From Limisphaerales bacterium (GTDB lineage Bacteria > Verrucomicrobiota > Verrucomicrobiia > Limisphaerales > JAJOIW01), in contig CBFHOE010000001.1 in NCBI GenBank assembly GCA_965657355.1, positions 11,066 to 21,151 on the forward strand: DNA of 10,086 bases, read 5' to 3'. Within the stretch, counting starts at the first letter, position 1. Each line of letters begins with the position of its first letter. The translations under genes were made by a program, and so were the position numbers. The notes beneath the pieces are model-generated. The model ran no database searches. It had not been told where the DNA came from and saw nothing but the letters and a program-made list of their open reading frames with translations. This document shows, piece by piece, positions 10,083 to 10,086 of this stretch.

Positions 10083-10086
10083 AGCT

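Overview
Bacterial chromosomal housekeeping region with no recognisable mobile element, CRISPR array or RNA gene. On the + strand: 5'-truncated thioredoxin reductase (trxB), a single-domain rhodanese, monofunctional hisB, a three-gene ECF module (sigma factor, membrane anti-sigma factor, basic exported protein), then gyrB and gyrA with an intrinsic terminator. A convergent MobA-like nucleotidyltransferase lies on the - strand at the right edge. The GyrA QRDR ([21 protein letters not shown]) closely resembles that of PVC-superphylum gyrases, so a Verrucomicrobiota origin is my inference, not verified. The most notable observation is the anti-sigma factor, which carries two tandem, gaplessly alignable, zinc-less anti-sigma domains, a TM helix and a short acidic tail, followed by a strongly basic exported partner.
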